Shown here: one piece after another, positions 48,701-58,463 of the stretch
How the letters are laid out: every line of letters begins with the position of its first letter
How positions within the stretch are numbered: position 1 is the first letter of the stretch
IMG/VR virus record: IMGVR_UViG_3300042889_001305
DNA: 64,000 bases
From: a virus
Taxonomy: Duplodnaviria; Heunggongvirae; Uroviricota; Caudoviricetes
Strand: one strand, 5' to 3'
Notes under the pieces: generated by a model
Seen by the model: only the letters and a program-made list of their open reading frames with translations
Databases searched by the model: none
Told to the model about the DNA's origin: nothing
Made by a program: the position numbers and the translations under genes

Positions 48701-49738
48701 TTATCCTAAAATTGCTGTACGGACTTTATCAATCCATACGTCTTTATTATCAAATTTTATCATATATTCTTTAAGATTTTTGATGTTTGCAACCCTCTCT
48801 TCATGTGAATCTTTGAGGATTTGTTTAACACATTCATCAAATTCATTTTTGGTTGAAACCCTATATTTGTATTCAACCTCCGGTGCCCAATCTTTATTTA
48901 TTATTGGTAATTTACCATAATCTACTGCTTGAAATATTGAATATCCAAATGGTTCTTTAAAATACGCTGCGTGAAATATACCAAAATTTTTCAACATAAA
49001 AAAATGATGATGATTAACATCCCATTGAAAAACTTCCATTCCTTTTAATGAGTAGGTACTACTATCTTTAAGATTTTGTAAATCAAACTGATTTGTTAGA
49101 ATATATCCTTTATGGTCGTTTAACCAATGTACACATTTTCTTGATTCAATACGAGAAGCAAATCCAATTTTACCATTATCAACATGAGTAGTGAGCGGTA
49201 AGTTATTTTTAAACTCATAAAAATTTGGAACGTTATATGTGTAGTTTGGATGTTCATCAATCATAGTTGTGGTATTATTACCTACCCAAATTCTACGATT
49301 AAATGTTGCTAAATACTCATCATAAAAATCTGAATCAACTTGAGTATTATATTGTAACCTTTTTAGTTCCGGAATAGCAGAAATTGCGGCATCCATTTCT
49401 CTAGCATATGCATGAACAAAGACAGTTTTAAATTTATCTTCAAAATGCCAAATGTGCGGTCTTAAATGATAATGTGGATGTAATACATGAATTTCTTCAC
49501 ACTCATCTAACCACGTTCTAGTCTTTTCAGGGTCATCGTAGTGAAAATGATGAACCAATCCCTTCGGTAAGTATTTTGATTCGAATGAAGCGGGTCTCTT
49601 GGAGTCAATAAGTAATCTCCAATCCCTTTTGACAGGTAGTGTTGGCCAAACTAATTCTAAAAAATAATTAGTCCATATATCGGCCCCACCCATAACAGTA
49701 TTACCACATCCAGTTGTAACTAAAACCTTTATACTCAT
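48701..49738 (-). CDS. GT-B fold (GT4-like) glycosyltransferase
   Basis: GGADIW, FASRIESRK and EPFGYSIFQAVDYGKLPI motifs. Confidence 0.7.
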   Translation of the reverse strand: MSIKVLVTTGCGNTVMGGADIWTNYFLELVWPTLPVKRDWRLLIDSKRPASFESKYLPKGLVHHFHYDDPEKTRTWLDECEEIHVLHPHYHLRPHIWHFEDKFKTVFVHAYAREMDAAISAIPELKRLQYNTQVDSDFYDEYLATFNRRIWVGNNTTTMIDEHPNYTYNVPNFYEFKNNLPLTTHVDNGKIGFASRIESRKCVHWLNDHKGYILTNQFDLQNLKDSSTYSLKGMEVFQWDVNHHHFFMLKNFGIFHAAYFKEPFGYSIFQAVDYGKLPIINKDWAPEVEYKYRVSTKNEFDECVKQILKDSHEERVANIKNLKEYMIKFDNKDVWIDKVRTAILG

Positions 49739-49767
49739 AACATATATAAATATATAAAAATTAAATT

Positions 49768-50319
49768 TTAAACAAACGATTTTTCTCTAACCCACACAAT
49801 TGCAATCCACTTTGTACCACTAATAACTGGCAATCCTGCATGTAAACTTTCAAAATCTAAACTACCATCTATTTTTAGATTACTCCACATTAACATACGA
49901 CCAGTTTTTGGTGTTACTTTTATTTTTTTAGTAGGAAATTCGGTTTCACCCCCTTCAAATTCATCGTTTAAATAAAATAAACAAGATACCACCCTCTGAC
50001 CACCTGATTTCATAGTAGTATCGTAATAATCAGTATTTGGATGGAAAAAATCATGATGTGTTTTATATTCACCACCAACGTTATATTTTACAATATGTAT
50101 TTGTTCTTGATTTTCAATTGGAAGTCCTGATTTACTTGAAATTATTTTTTTTATTTTTGTTGTTAATTCTGTTTTTGAATGAATCCACGTATTTTCAGCA
50201 ACCCTATAATTTTCAATTGGAGTTCCTAATGTAGAAGCACTTATCATATTTGCAGAACCCATTTCAATTAGTTCTTTACATTCTGCTTCAGATATTTCAT
50301 AATCAATTATTGCTATCAT
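49768..50319 (-). CDS. prolyl 4-hydroxylase-like 2OG-Fe(II) dioxygenase
   Basis: QIHIVKYNVGGEYKTHHDFF, RVVSCLFYLN...GGETEFP and HAGLPVISGTKW (HxD...H...K). Confidence 0.9.
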   Translation of the reverse strand: MIAIIDYEISEAECKELIEMGSANMISASTLGTPIENYRVAENTWIHSKTELTTKIKKIISSKSGLPIENQEQIHIVKYNVGGEYKTHHDFFHPNTDYYDTTMKSGGQRVVSCLFYLNDEFEGGETEFPTKKIKVTPKTGRMLMWSNLKIDGSLDFESLHAGLPVISGTKWIAIVWVREKSFV

Positions 50320-50322
50320 AAC

Positions 50323-51180
50323 TTATTTTTTACAAGTTGTACATTCTTTATAAACTTCATTTACCCATTCTAAAGTAGTTCTTTCAGTTCCACCATAATC
50401 TTTTAAACCAGTAACAAAATCCATATTTGGATTGAATTTACTCCAATTACATAATTCTCTATAAGAACTATTATAATTTGGAATATATTTATGCCAAATT
50501 ATATTTTTTCTAATTGCAAATACATCATAACCACTTTTAAATAGTAAAAGGGAATATATTTCTTGTTCTTTAGTTGGGTTGTAATATTCGTTTACTTTTA
50601 ATATATTTACAATTTCACCACTACCAAATAAGTTACCTCCTGATATATTCATCACTTTTTCATAACCATCAATTGGGTGTCTCATACAATGTGGGGGAAT
50701 AAATTCAGGTGTCCACGTCGGTGCATTAGATGTATATATTGTGGCAACGTTTCGTTTACTATATACATCATATGTTTCATTAAATTCAAAAATCTGTGGA
50801 AATACACTAATAACTCCCTTTGATGGTATTTCACTTAATTGATTAATATATTCATCATCCCACCCTATCAAAAATCTAGAATGAGAATCTACACATAAAA
50901 AATAATCTTCATTATTATATAAATTTTCCATTATTAAATTCCTAGCCCATCCACATCCTTGTGCATCAGAAGCTAGTATTTGCATAAATTTTACATTTAA
51001 ATAAAATAGATGGTTATTAATTAAATCTGTTATTCTTTTTTGTTCTACCTCAGTATCTTGCAAACACACTCCAATAAATACATTATTTGGATTATTCGCT
51101 TTATTAAAACAATCTATTATAGTGTTAACAACATCAAAATCTTTATATGAAGCTATACTTACAAATATCGTTTTATTCAT
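50323..51180 (-). CDS. GT60-like UDP-GlcNAc:hydroxyproline/Thr polypeptide GlcNAc transferase (Skp1 Gnt1-like)
   Basis: TIFVSIASYKD, VFIGVCLQ, GCGWARN, YFLCVDSHSRF..GWD and GGNLFG motifs. Confidence 0.8.
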   Translation of the reverse strand: MNKTIFVSIASYKDFDVVNTIIDCFNKANNPNNVFIGVCLQDTEVEQKRITDLINNHLFYLNVKFMQILASDAQGCGWARNLIMENLYNNEDYFLCVDSHSRFLIGWDDEYINQLSEIPSKGVISVFPQIFEFNETYDVYSKRNVATIYTSNAPTWTPEFIPPHCMRHPIDGYEKVMNISGGNLFGSGEIVNILKVNEYYNPTKEQEIYSLLLFKSGYDVFAIRKNIIWHKYIPNYNSSYRELCNWSKFNPNMDFVTGLKDYGGTERTTLEWVNEVYKECTTCKK

Positions 51181-51189
51181 AATTATTTA

Positions 51190-52809
51190 TTATTCTATTT
51201 GTTTTACTTCTGCTCGGTTATGTACTAATATACCACTGCCAAAGTATACGTCATCATCTTCAATATTAACACTAACAGTTTGACAAGTTTCATTAATGAA
51301 TTCAATGTCGCGTATTCTAACCCATATATCATTGGTATTAAATAAATAATCACCCACTAATAAATTATAAACCTTACAAAACTTATATTCATTACCTCTT
51401 TTTATAAACACAGGATGTTCATATGTTATTCGTATTGATTTATTTATAATATAATAATTGGAATAAGACCCATGCATTAAAGTTACAACCCTTGCTGTTG
51501 ATGGTTCAAACCAAAATTTAGTATCAGAAAAATTAACCCAATTTTTTTCAATATCCTTATCTAATCCTTCTATTGATAAACTACTAAGAATATCTCCCAA
51601 TACTAAATCTTCAATTAATTTATTACTACCATCAGCCATTTTAATTTCAGTACCATAAAGAAAACACGGGTCTTCTTCCGGTGGAGGAGGTGGTGGTGGA
51701 GTTGGTGTTGGTGGAGGCGGAGGTGGTGCCGGACAACTACTTACTGTATTAATAAACCCATTACCTTCTACATAGTAAACTGAAGTTCCGTTTGAATAAT
51801 ATCCATCGGCTGCATTCGAACTACCATCACTAGCTGATTTTAATACACATTGTGCAATAAGTGATGAACAAGTACTCCATACTTCCGTAGTTACACCCAT
51901 AGCACATGCCAACGAATCATCTCCCGCATTATATCCAAAATTAAATGAATAATATGTTGGAGGTGCCGGCGTAGGCGGAGGTGGAGTTGGTGGTGCAACA
52001 TAACATGCAACAGCACTTATCCCATATCTAACACCCGCTCCAGTTGTAGCGTTATAAATATAAACACCATAACTTCCACCATAATCACCTACACCTGTAA
52101 AAGTGTACGATGTTGCACTACCAATTGATAACGTAGCCAATGCTGCAGGACTAGCAGTATCCACACTATATCCAACGTAACAATCACTTCCACCATTTGC
52201 TATATTTTCTATAAATATTCGACCACTTGCACCCGTTGTTCCACTACAATCTTGTGTAACAGTAGCAGTTACCGCAGGTGGTGGAGTTGGTGGTGGTGGA
52301 GTTGGTGGTGGTGGAGTTGGACACGTACATCCATTAATGCCAGTTGCACGAAAAAGATGAGTATCAGTTGGAGTGTATGATGTTCCTACTGCTATATAAC
52401 AAATTTCATTTACATCATCGTATATATTTGTTCCGTAATTATAACTTCCAAAAATATGTCCCTGTGCTACCCCACCCGTACCACATTGTGATAAATATGT
52501 ATATACCTGAGGAGCCGGTGTTGGAGGTGGTGGAGTTGGAGGAGCCGGAGTTGGTGGAGCCGGTGTTGGTGGAGCCGGAGTTGGAGGTGCCGGTGTTGGA
52601 GGTGCTGGAGTTGGAGGTGCAGGTGTTGGAGGAGCTGGAGTTGGAGGAGTTCCTGTTCCTCTTCCAAGAAACTCATCCATACCATGTGGTTTTGTAGGAA
52701 TCCCATATGCTATAGCAGCCGTATCCATATCAACTTGAGTACCTGATGCAATATTTCTATCGGTATTAAATAAATTAAATGATATTTCTCCTGTAGACGG
52801 TAATGCCAT
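51190..52809 (-). CDS. Pro/Thr-rich, Cys-rich virion-type protein with C-terminal Hint (intein-like) domain
   Basis: Four Pro-rich blocks; Hint domain CFLYGT...ILVHN at 51217-51666. Confidence 0.8.
   Translation of the reverse strand: MALPSTGEISFNLFNTDRNIASGTQVDMDTAAIAYGIPTKPHGMDEFLGRGTGTPPTPAPPTPAPPTPAPPTPAPPTPAPPTPAPPTPAPPTPPPPTPAPQVYTYLSQCGTGGVAQGHIFGSYNYGTNIYDDVNEICYIAVGTSYTPTDTHLFRATGINGCTCPTPPPPTPPPPTPPPAVTATVTQDCSGTTGASGRIFIENIANGGSDCYVGYSVDTASPAALATLSIGSATSYTFTGVGDYGGSYGVYIYNATTGAGVRYGISAVACYVAPPTPPPPTPAPPTYYSFNFGYNAGDDSLACAMGVTTEVWSTCSSLIAQCVLKSASDGSSNAADGYYSNGTSVYYVEGNGFINTVSSCPAPPPPPPTPTPPPPPPPEEDPCFLYGTEIKMADGSNKLIEDLVLGDILSSLSIEGLDKDIEKNWVNFSDTKFWFEPSTARVVTLMHGSYSNYYIINKSIRITYEHPVFIKRGNEYKFCKVYNLLVGDYLFNTNDIWVRIRDIEFINETCQTVSVNIEDDDVYFGSGILVHNRAEVKQIE
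52511..52645 (-). repeat. 9 x 15-bp coding repeat: 8 PTPAP + 1 PTPPP
   Basis: Read directly from the sequence; units differ mostly at synonymous positions. Confidence 0.95.
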
Positions 52810-55800
52810 TACTTATTCTCTTTTAACTCGTTAATTTCTTTTTTCAATTCCTTAATACACTCAACTAATAAGGGTACAATTTTTTCGTATTTGATAGCAA
52901 GGTATCCATCTACTCTTTTTACCACAACCTCGGGTAAAATTGTTTCTACTTGTTGAGCAATTAAACCTACATCGTGTTTTCTTATAAAGTAATTATCTTC
53001 GCCCTTACCACCACTTTCTTTTTGAATATATTCATCTGTCCAATCAAATTCTACCCCATCTAATTTTTCTATTTTATCAAGAGCTTTTCCTATTGGTATA
53101 ATATTTTCTTTTAATCTTTTATCTGAAGTAGCGAATGCAGTTATATTTCCGGTAGCAGTAATACCACCACCAACTGCAACGAAATTAGTATTTGCCTCAT
53201 TTCTTTCAACTTTAAGATATCTATCAGTACTTGCTACAACTTGGAAACCACCCGCAACTAATTCAGTTTTCGATACTTGTTGTGATACCGATATAGTACT
53301 TATCTTTGGAGTGTTATAAGAGACACTAACATCAAAAGTTGCAACTGTTCCTGAATCACGATACGCAACACATACTCCATTTTTAATATAAGGTACAAAA
53401 TAATATGTTGTACTTGGTGATAATGAAATAGCCCCGGTTAAAGTACCAAACGCATCACCGCTGGCCCAACCAAATTGCTCTTCTATGATAGTGTTACCAT
53501 ATCCAAATACCTCTGAAAAATTTATTGCTTTCGATATATCTAAAACTTCATTAGCTATACCTGTACCACCCGCTCTAACGGAAATCCCTATGGTATAGTA
53601 GTGTTGTACATAACTTATATAAGGAGTATTTCCCCCAAATGGTTGATTACCCGGTTCTAAATATACACTATAATTTGAAAGTACCCCATGCCATAAATTT
53701 GTACTTATGGAATAAATTCCAGTAGTCCCAGCACTTGTAGTAAAACTAGGTGATGAACCAGGAGTCCATTCTAAATATGTTGGGTCCATATTAGCAGATA
53801 TTTGTGTAACATATTGGGAAGTGTTACCAGCATATTGTTGCTGAGTATTATAATTTGTTACTGAAGTTGGACTTATTGTTACACTACCGGCACTTAAACT
53901 ACTCAATGTAGAGGCGTTACTTATATCTACCCTTAATGCAGTACCCTCATAAATTTCAATAGCAGGTCTTGCTGCGTTTAATCTTAATTTTTCAGTTGAA
54001 TCTCGTATACTTGTAGGAGTTACAGTCCAACCCCCAATGTTACCGGTGGTAGCCGAAACTCTACCAGTAATATCCGCACCGGTTGCAAACAATATACCGG
54101 CATTAGTTACCCTAAACGGGGCATTACCAAATGTAGCATTTCCTAACCACATTCCATTACTATCTGCTTTAAAAATAGTATTTGAACTACCAATTGAAAT
54201 TGCTCCGGTACTATCTAATATTGCTGCTCCACCTGTTAAAGTGGTTGCACCCAATGTCCACCCACCAATAGTACCAGAAGTTGCTTTTAAAACTCCCGCG
54301 GGTGTTACACTAAATTCTGCACTTCCAAATGTTTCATTACCTAAATAAATTCCACTAGTATCCGCAGTAAATACACTTTCACCACTACCAATTCGAATAG
54401 AACCATTAAACGTTCCTGTTGCTGCGGATAATGCACCACTAAACGTTCCTCCACCATTAACAGTTAAAGATGTTCCATCCCATAATAGGGAATTACTAGC
54501 AGATTTTAAAGACAATCTATATACGGGTGAACTACTAACATTAACCACCCCCATAAAAATACCATTTACATTATACCCTTGTGAACCGGCTGATGAACTT
54601 TGTCCGATAGATATGTACGGATAGGCACTGCCACCTGCTAAAGTAATATTTGCTGCTGCCATTGCACCATTCGAATTCGTACCAATGTTTAAAGTGTTTT
54701 GAACAAACGAATCTTCAAATATACCTATTTTAGCTGCAACAAAGAAATCTTGTGCACCTAACGATATCCAACCCGTTTGTGCTGCTTGATGTGGTGCACC
54801 ATTTATTACGTTTCCTGTTGCTGAAAGATGTTGTCTAGTAGTTGCGTAGTATGTATTATACGGAGCGTTTCCATTTGTACTCCATAAGACAGTATCTCTT
54901 CTACCAGTCCCCGTTGTTAACCCATCTGAAAATTGATAGGTTCTACCACTTGTCCAAACTCCGGTATGAACCACACCAGGACCTGTTTGACCCGTTGCAC
55001 CATCATCTCCATCAGTTCCATCAGTTCCATCAGTTCCATCAGTTCCATCAGTTCCGTTAATTGTTACATTTACTTTATGTTCTTTAGTTATTGTACCGGT
55101 AGTTCCTTCCGAATTTACATATGTTATAGTAATAGCTACAGTCGTACCTGCATCGGTAGTTGGTGTGGTTGGTGTTATAGTTGTAGTTCCCGTTCCACCT
55201 GTTAATGAAATTTGATATGTATTTATTGCACCACCAGTTGAATATGTATAATTTGTTCCACCTTCGTTTACACTAATTGTAAATGTAGCAGGTGTAGCAT
55301 ATACCCCAGCGTTTGTTTTTGTAATCGATTGACCTTCATTTGATAACGTTGCAATTACTACCGGTGCAGCTTTTTTAACTTTTGATAAACTTAATGTATC
55401 AGTTAGAGTTCTACTTGTCCCTTCAGAATCCGTAACTACTGCTGATATTGCTATTGTTGTAGAATTTGTTCCCGCTGCTAAAGTTTTTCCATTTAACGTT
55501 ACCAACCCACTTGCAGCAGTAGTTGATATTGATGTAATATCTGAAGATGTTGCAGTTAACGATGTTATTGTTTTTGTTGTAGTAGAACCATTATAAGTTT
55601 CCCTTACAACTATTGTTGAATTTGCAAATGAATCAATTTGTGCACCGGTTGATTTAGCAGTTACACTTTGGTCTTTTGGTGTTGCAGAAATTGCAAGAAC
55701 CGGAGCAGCTTTTTTATTTTTTGTATAAGTTGCAGTTTTTATAACACTTGTGGTATCTCCGGCACCATCTTTATAATTAATTGTAATATCTAAAGAACCA

Positions 55801-58379
55801 GAATCTGCTGCAAGTGCGGTTATACCATATACGTTTGTAGATGGATTTGTAATATTTGGAGTACAACCTATTCCGCTTAAATTAGTTATTGCAAATGTAT
55901 TATTAGCTCTAAGATTATCATTATCATCATCAAATGTAATAGTCTCATTTCCCACTTTTACGTTTACCGAACCACTTGTAAAAACAAAATCACCATTTGC
56001 TACAACTCCAGTTGAAAGTGCAGGCAAGGATGTATTATCATTTGTTAATGTAACTGATAATCCATCTAATATTTTTACAGGAGTTATGGTTACCGCATCT
56101 GAAAATTTATTTCCAAATTGGTCAGACCCTGTGAATGAATATGTAGTAGAACCACTTAAAAATGGATATGCAGAACCAGCTAATGTGAATAACGTTACAC
56201 CTGAAGTAGCATCAGTTGCTCCAATAGTTAAAGGTGGTTTTAAACTACCAGAATTTACTTCTAATGTACCAGTAGTTGATGCTAAATTTTTTCTTTTAGC
56301 CTCTATTGTAATTACTTGGCCTGATGGATTTAAGGATAAATCAGTTGCCTTATAAATAAATTGGTTAGCGTTTGAAGTTGTAAATAGACCGGGTGCATTT
56401 TCTCCATCTTCAAATCTATAAATGGTTTCGAACTCATTTAACCCATCACATGATGCAGTATAAGTTATAGAACCAATTAATACTGATGGTACACTACCAC
56501 TAAAATTAGCAATAGTTAAACTTGCACCACCATCTCCTGCGTTTGTTAAAAGACCAGGATATGTTCCCGCATAACTAGCAGGAACTATATAATTACCATC
56601 TGTATCAAACGCAGCAGATGCATAAGTAACCGAACCTGTTAAATTAGTTCTACTAATTGAGAATCCAACTTGTTGAAAAGCAGGATTACCAAACGAACCA
56701 CTCGTAAAACGAAATGCAGTTCTATCTGATTCAAATGTTAAGATTTTTGAGGTAGTTGTAAAACTGTTACCACCATTAAATGTTTTTGAAGTTTTTACAT
56801 CAACGGGAATATAATTGTTATTTATATCGTAAAATTCAAATTTGAAATCATATGTCTCACTCGCAAGTTTACGAGGAATATCTTGTATTAAAGTAAATTC
56901 ATCAGGTGAAAACGAAGTTTCTTGTGCGTTTTGTAAACTCACATTTGCCAAATACCAATCATCACCCGCAAACTCAAATACTAATTTAGCATCTCCAGTC
57001 TTAGTAGCCTTTACATTTTGAGTTACGTTTTGTTTTGTAGTATATATCGCCGAATTAGTAACATTTACGATAGTTTGTTGTGGATAATCCGAACCACTAA
57101 AATATGCTTTTAAAGTTTTAGTCGAATCATTTGAACCACTTAGGAGTGTTTTGAATGAAAGGGTATACTCAACTCCCTCTGTCAGAGATAGAGATTGAGA
57201 TGTAATAAAAAGGGCAGTATTATCATAATTTGAACCACTATAATCTACCTTAACCGATGCGTTTAATTTATCTACATTAATTGTAATTGGATGTGCAGTT
57301 GAACCACTTACCCAATAATTTTTTATATTGGTATCCGTAAACTGACCATAGGATAATTCCGTATTAGCAGTTGTTGTTATATCTTTTAGTATTTCTGATG
57401 ATTCTAATTTAGTATCTTGTATGAATTGGTAATCACCAACTTCGTTTCTAGATTTTCTATAAACCTTTACTCTCGCTACATCACCAACAAATGTTTTTAA
57501 ATCTGATAATTGAATTTTAGCAAAAGAACCCGTCAACGCCGAGTTGATAATCGTCTGACCTTCAATATGGTCAAATGTAGTTGTGTAGGCAGTAGCAGGA
57601 AAATTTGAAACGGATGATGATACCGCATATGGAATATCTACAAATATTTCTTTGTTATTTAAGACCTCTCTTATAGTTGCCGAATACCCTAATGATGGTA
57701 TTGTTATGGTATTTTCATCAACGGATGATGTCCAATTTGAACCATCGGTAATTTTTAATTTATATAAAGTTCCGGCTGTCCAAGTTCGAATATCAGTACC
57801 ATAAACTGGTTGTTGTGGGATACCTTCAACCAATCCCGTTTGAGTAACTGATGGGGTTGTTATATTAAAAATGGGTTTATTTATCTCATCAATTGTAATT
57901 TTTGGTCTTTTATAAAACCTAACAATAGTTTCATTCGAAAGATTTTTATTTACATTAAACGTTCTCTCCCACTTAATATTATAGATACCACTCCACTCAG
58001 CAGGAATATCTCTAACTACTCCGGTCTCATCAATATAGGTTTTTAATTCACCTAATACAGTAATTTTTCCTAAACCAATAGGGGTATCCTCATAGACATG
58101 AACTGATACAATTTTTGAAATTCCTTCGTAGTATTCTGGTATACCATTACCCGGCTCGTAATAAATCGGTGTGCCGGTAACATCTAATATCTCAATTTTA
58201 ATTTCAGTTGTTTCCTTTAAATGTTCAGAACCCTCTATAAGAAACCCATTCTTACCACCGGTGAAGGTATCTTTAAATTCGGTAATTCTAAAATATTCAG
58301 ACGTTCTAACTTGGTCATTTATAAATGTACCAAAGTTTGATAAGTTTTGATACGAAGCGAACGATTTAATTATTGCCAT
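52809..58379 (-). CDS. 1856-aa tail/baseplate fibre protein with C-terminal peptidase S74 intramolecular chaperone
   Basis: Ser/Thr/Gly-rich; short collagen-like GTD repeat; SDKRLKENI...GLIAQQVE..LPE...Y..IVPLLVECIKEL C-terminus. Confidence 0.8.
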   Translation of the reverse strand: MAIIKSFASYQNLSNFGTFINDQVRTSEYFRITEFKDTFTGGKNGFLIEGSEHLKETTEIKIEILDVTGTPIYYEPGNGIPEYYEGISKIVSVHVYEDTPIGLGKITVLGELKTYIDETGVVRDIPAEWSGIYNIKWERTFNVNKNLSNETIVRFYKRPKITIDEINKPIFNITTPSVTQTGLVEGIPQQPVYGTDIRTWTAGTLYKLKITDGSNWTSSVDENTITIPSLGYSATIREVLNNKEIFVDIPYAVSSSVSNFPATAYTTTFDHIEGQTIINSALTGSFAKIQLSDLKTFVGDVARVKVYRKSRNEVGDYQFIQDTKLESSEILKDITTTANTELSYGQFTDTNIKNYWVSGSTAHPITINVDKLNASVKVDYSGSNYDNTALFITSQSLSLTEGVEYTLSFKTLLSGSNDSTKTLKAYFSGSDYPQQTIVNVTNSAIYTTKQNVTQNVKATKTGDAKLVFEFAGDDWYLANVSLQNAQETSFSPDEFTLIQDIPRKLASETYDFKFEFYDINNNYIPVDVKTSKTFNGGNSFTTTSKILTFESDRTAFRFTSGSFGNPAFQQVGFSISRTNLTGSVTYASAAFDTDGNYIVPASYAGTYPGLLTNAGDGGASLTIANFSGSVPSVLIGSITYTASCDGLNEFETIYRFEDGENAPGLFTTSNANQFIYKATDLSLNPSGQVITIEAKRKNLASTTGTLEVNSGSLKPPLTIGATDATSGVTLFTLAGSAYPFLSGSTTYSFTGSDQFGNKFSDAVTITPVKILDGLSVTLTNDNTSLPALSTGVVANGDFVFTSGSVNVKVGNETITFDDDNDNLRANNTFAITNLSGIGCTPNITNPSTNVYGITALAADSGSLDITINYKDGAGDTTSVIKTATYTKNKKAAPVLAISATPKDQSVTAKSTGAQIDSFANSTIVVRETYNGSTTTKTITSLTATSSDITSISTTAASGLVTLNGKTLAAGTNSTTIAISAVVTDSEGTSRTLTDTLSLSKVKKAAPVVIATLSNEGQSITKTNAGVYATPATFTISVNEGGTNYTYSTGGAINTYQISLTGGTGTTTITPTTPTTDAGTTVAITITYVNSEGTTGTITKEHKVNVTINGTDGTDGTDGTDGTDGDDGATGQTGPGVVHTGVWTSGRTYQFSDGLTTGTGRRDTVLWSTNGNAPYNTYYATTRQHLSATGNVINGAPHQAAQTGWISLGAQDFFVAAKIGIFEDSFVQNTLNIGTNSNGAMAAANITLAGGSAYPYISIGQSSSAGSQGYNVNGIFMGVVNVSSSPVYRLSLKSASNSLLWDGTSLTVNGGGTFSGALSAATGTFNGSIRIGSGESVFTADTSGIYLGNETFGSAEFSVTPAGVLKATSGTIGGWTLGATTLTGGAAILDSTGAISIGSSNTIFKADSNGMWLGNATFGNAPFRVTNAGILFATGADITGRVSATTGNIGGWTVTPTSIRDSTEKLRLNAARPAIEIYEGTALRVDISNASTLSSLSAGSVTISPTSVTNYNTQQQYAGNTSQYVTQISANMDPTYLEWTPGSSPSFTTSAGTTGIYSISTNLWHGVLSNYSVYLEPGNQPFGGNTPYISYVQHYYTIGISVRAGGTGIANEVLDISKAINFSEVFGYGNTIIEEQFGWASGDAFGTLTGAISLSPSTTYYFVPYIKNGVCVAYRDSGTVATFDVSVSYNTPKISTISVSQQVSKTELVAGGFQVVASTDRYLKVERNEANTNFVAVGGGITATGNITAFATSDKRLKENIIPIGKALDKIEKLDGVEFDWTDEYIQKESGGKGEDNYFIRKHDVGLIAQQVETILPEVVVKRVDGYLAIKYEKIVPLLVECIKELKKEINELKENK
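55009..55053 (-). repeat. 5 x 9-bp perfect tandem repeat (ccatcagtt) encoding a Gly-X-Y (TDG)5 linker
   Basis: Read directly from the sequence. Confidence 0.95.
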
Positions 58380-58433
58380 TGGAATCCTTTGTTATAGCAA
58401 TAAATATAAGTAAAAAAGATTGTATTATATTTA

Positions 58434-58453
58434 TTCTATGGAAACCCATAGAA
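58434..58453. promoter_or_regulatory. inverted repeat, putative RHH operator
   Basis: TTCTATGG-AAAC-CCATAGAA, overlapping direct repeats gaaacccata/gaaaccaata, just upstream of the RHH ATG. Confidence 0.5.
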
Positions 58454-58463
58454 ACCAATAGAA

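Noticed and set aside
51217-51666. Canonical splicing intein
   Set aside because: The +1 residue is Arg rather than Cys/Ser/Thr, the C-extein is only 8 aa and there is no homing endonuclease; treated as a BIL/Hint cleavage domain
52511-52645. Repeat array resembling a CRISPR array or DNA VNTR
   Set aside because: It has no spacers, is in frame and varies at synonymous positions, so it is a coding Pro-rich repeat
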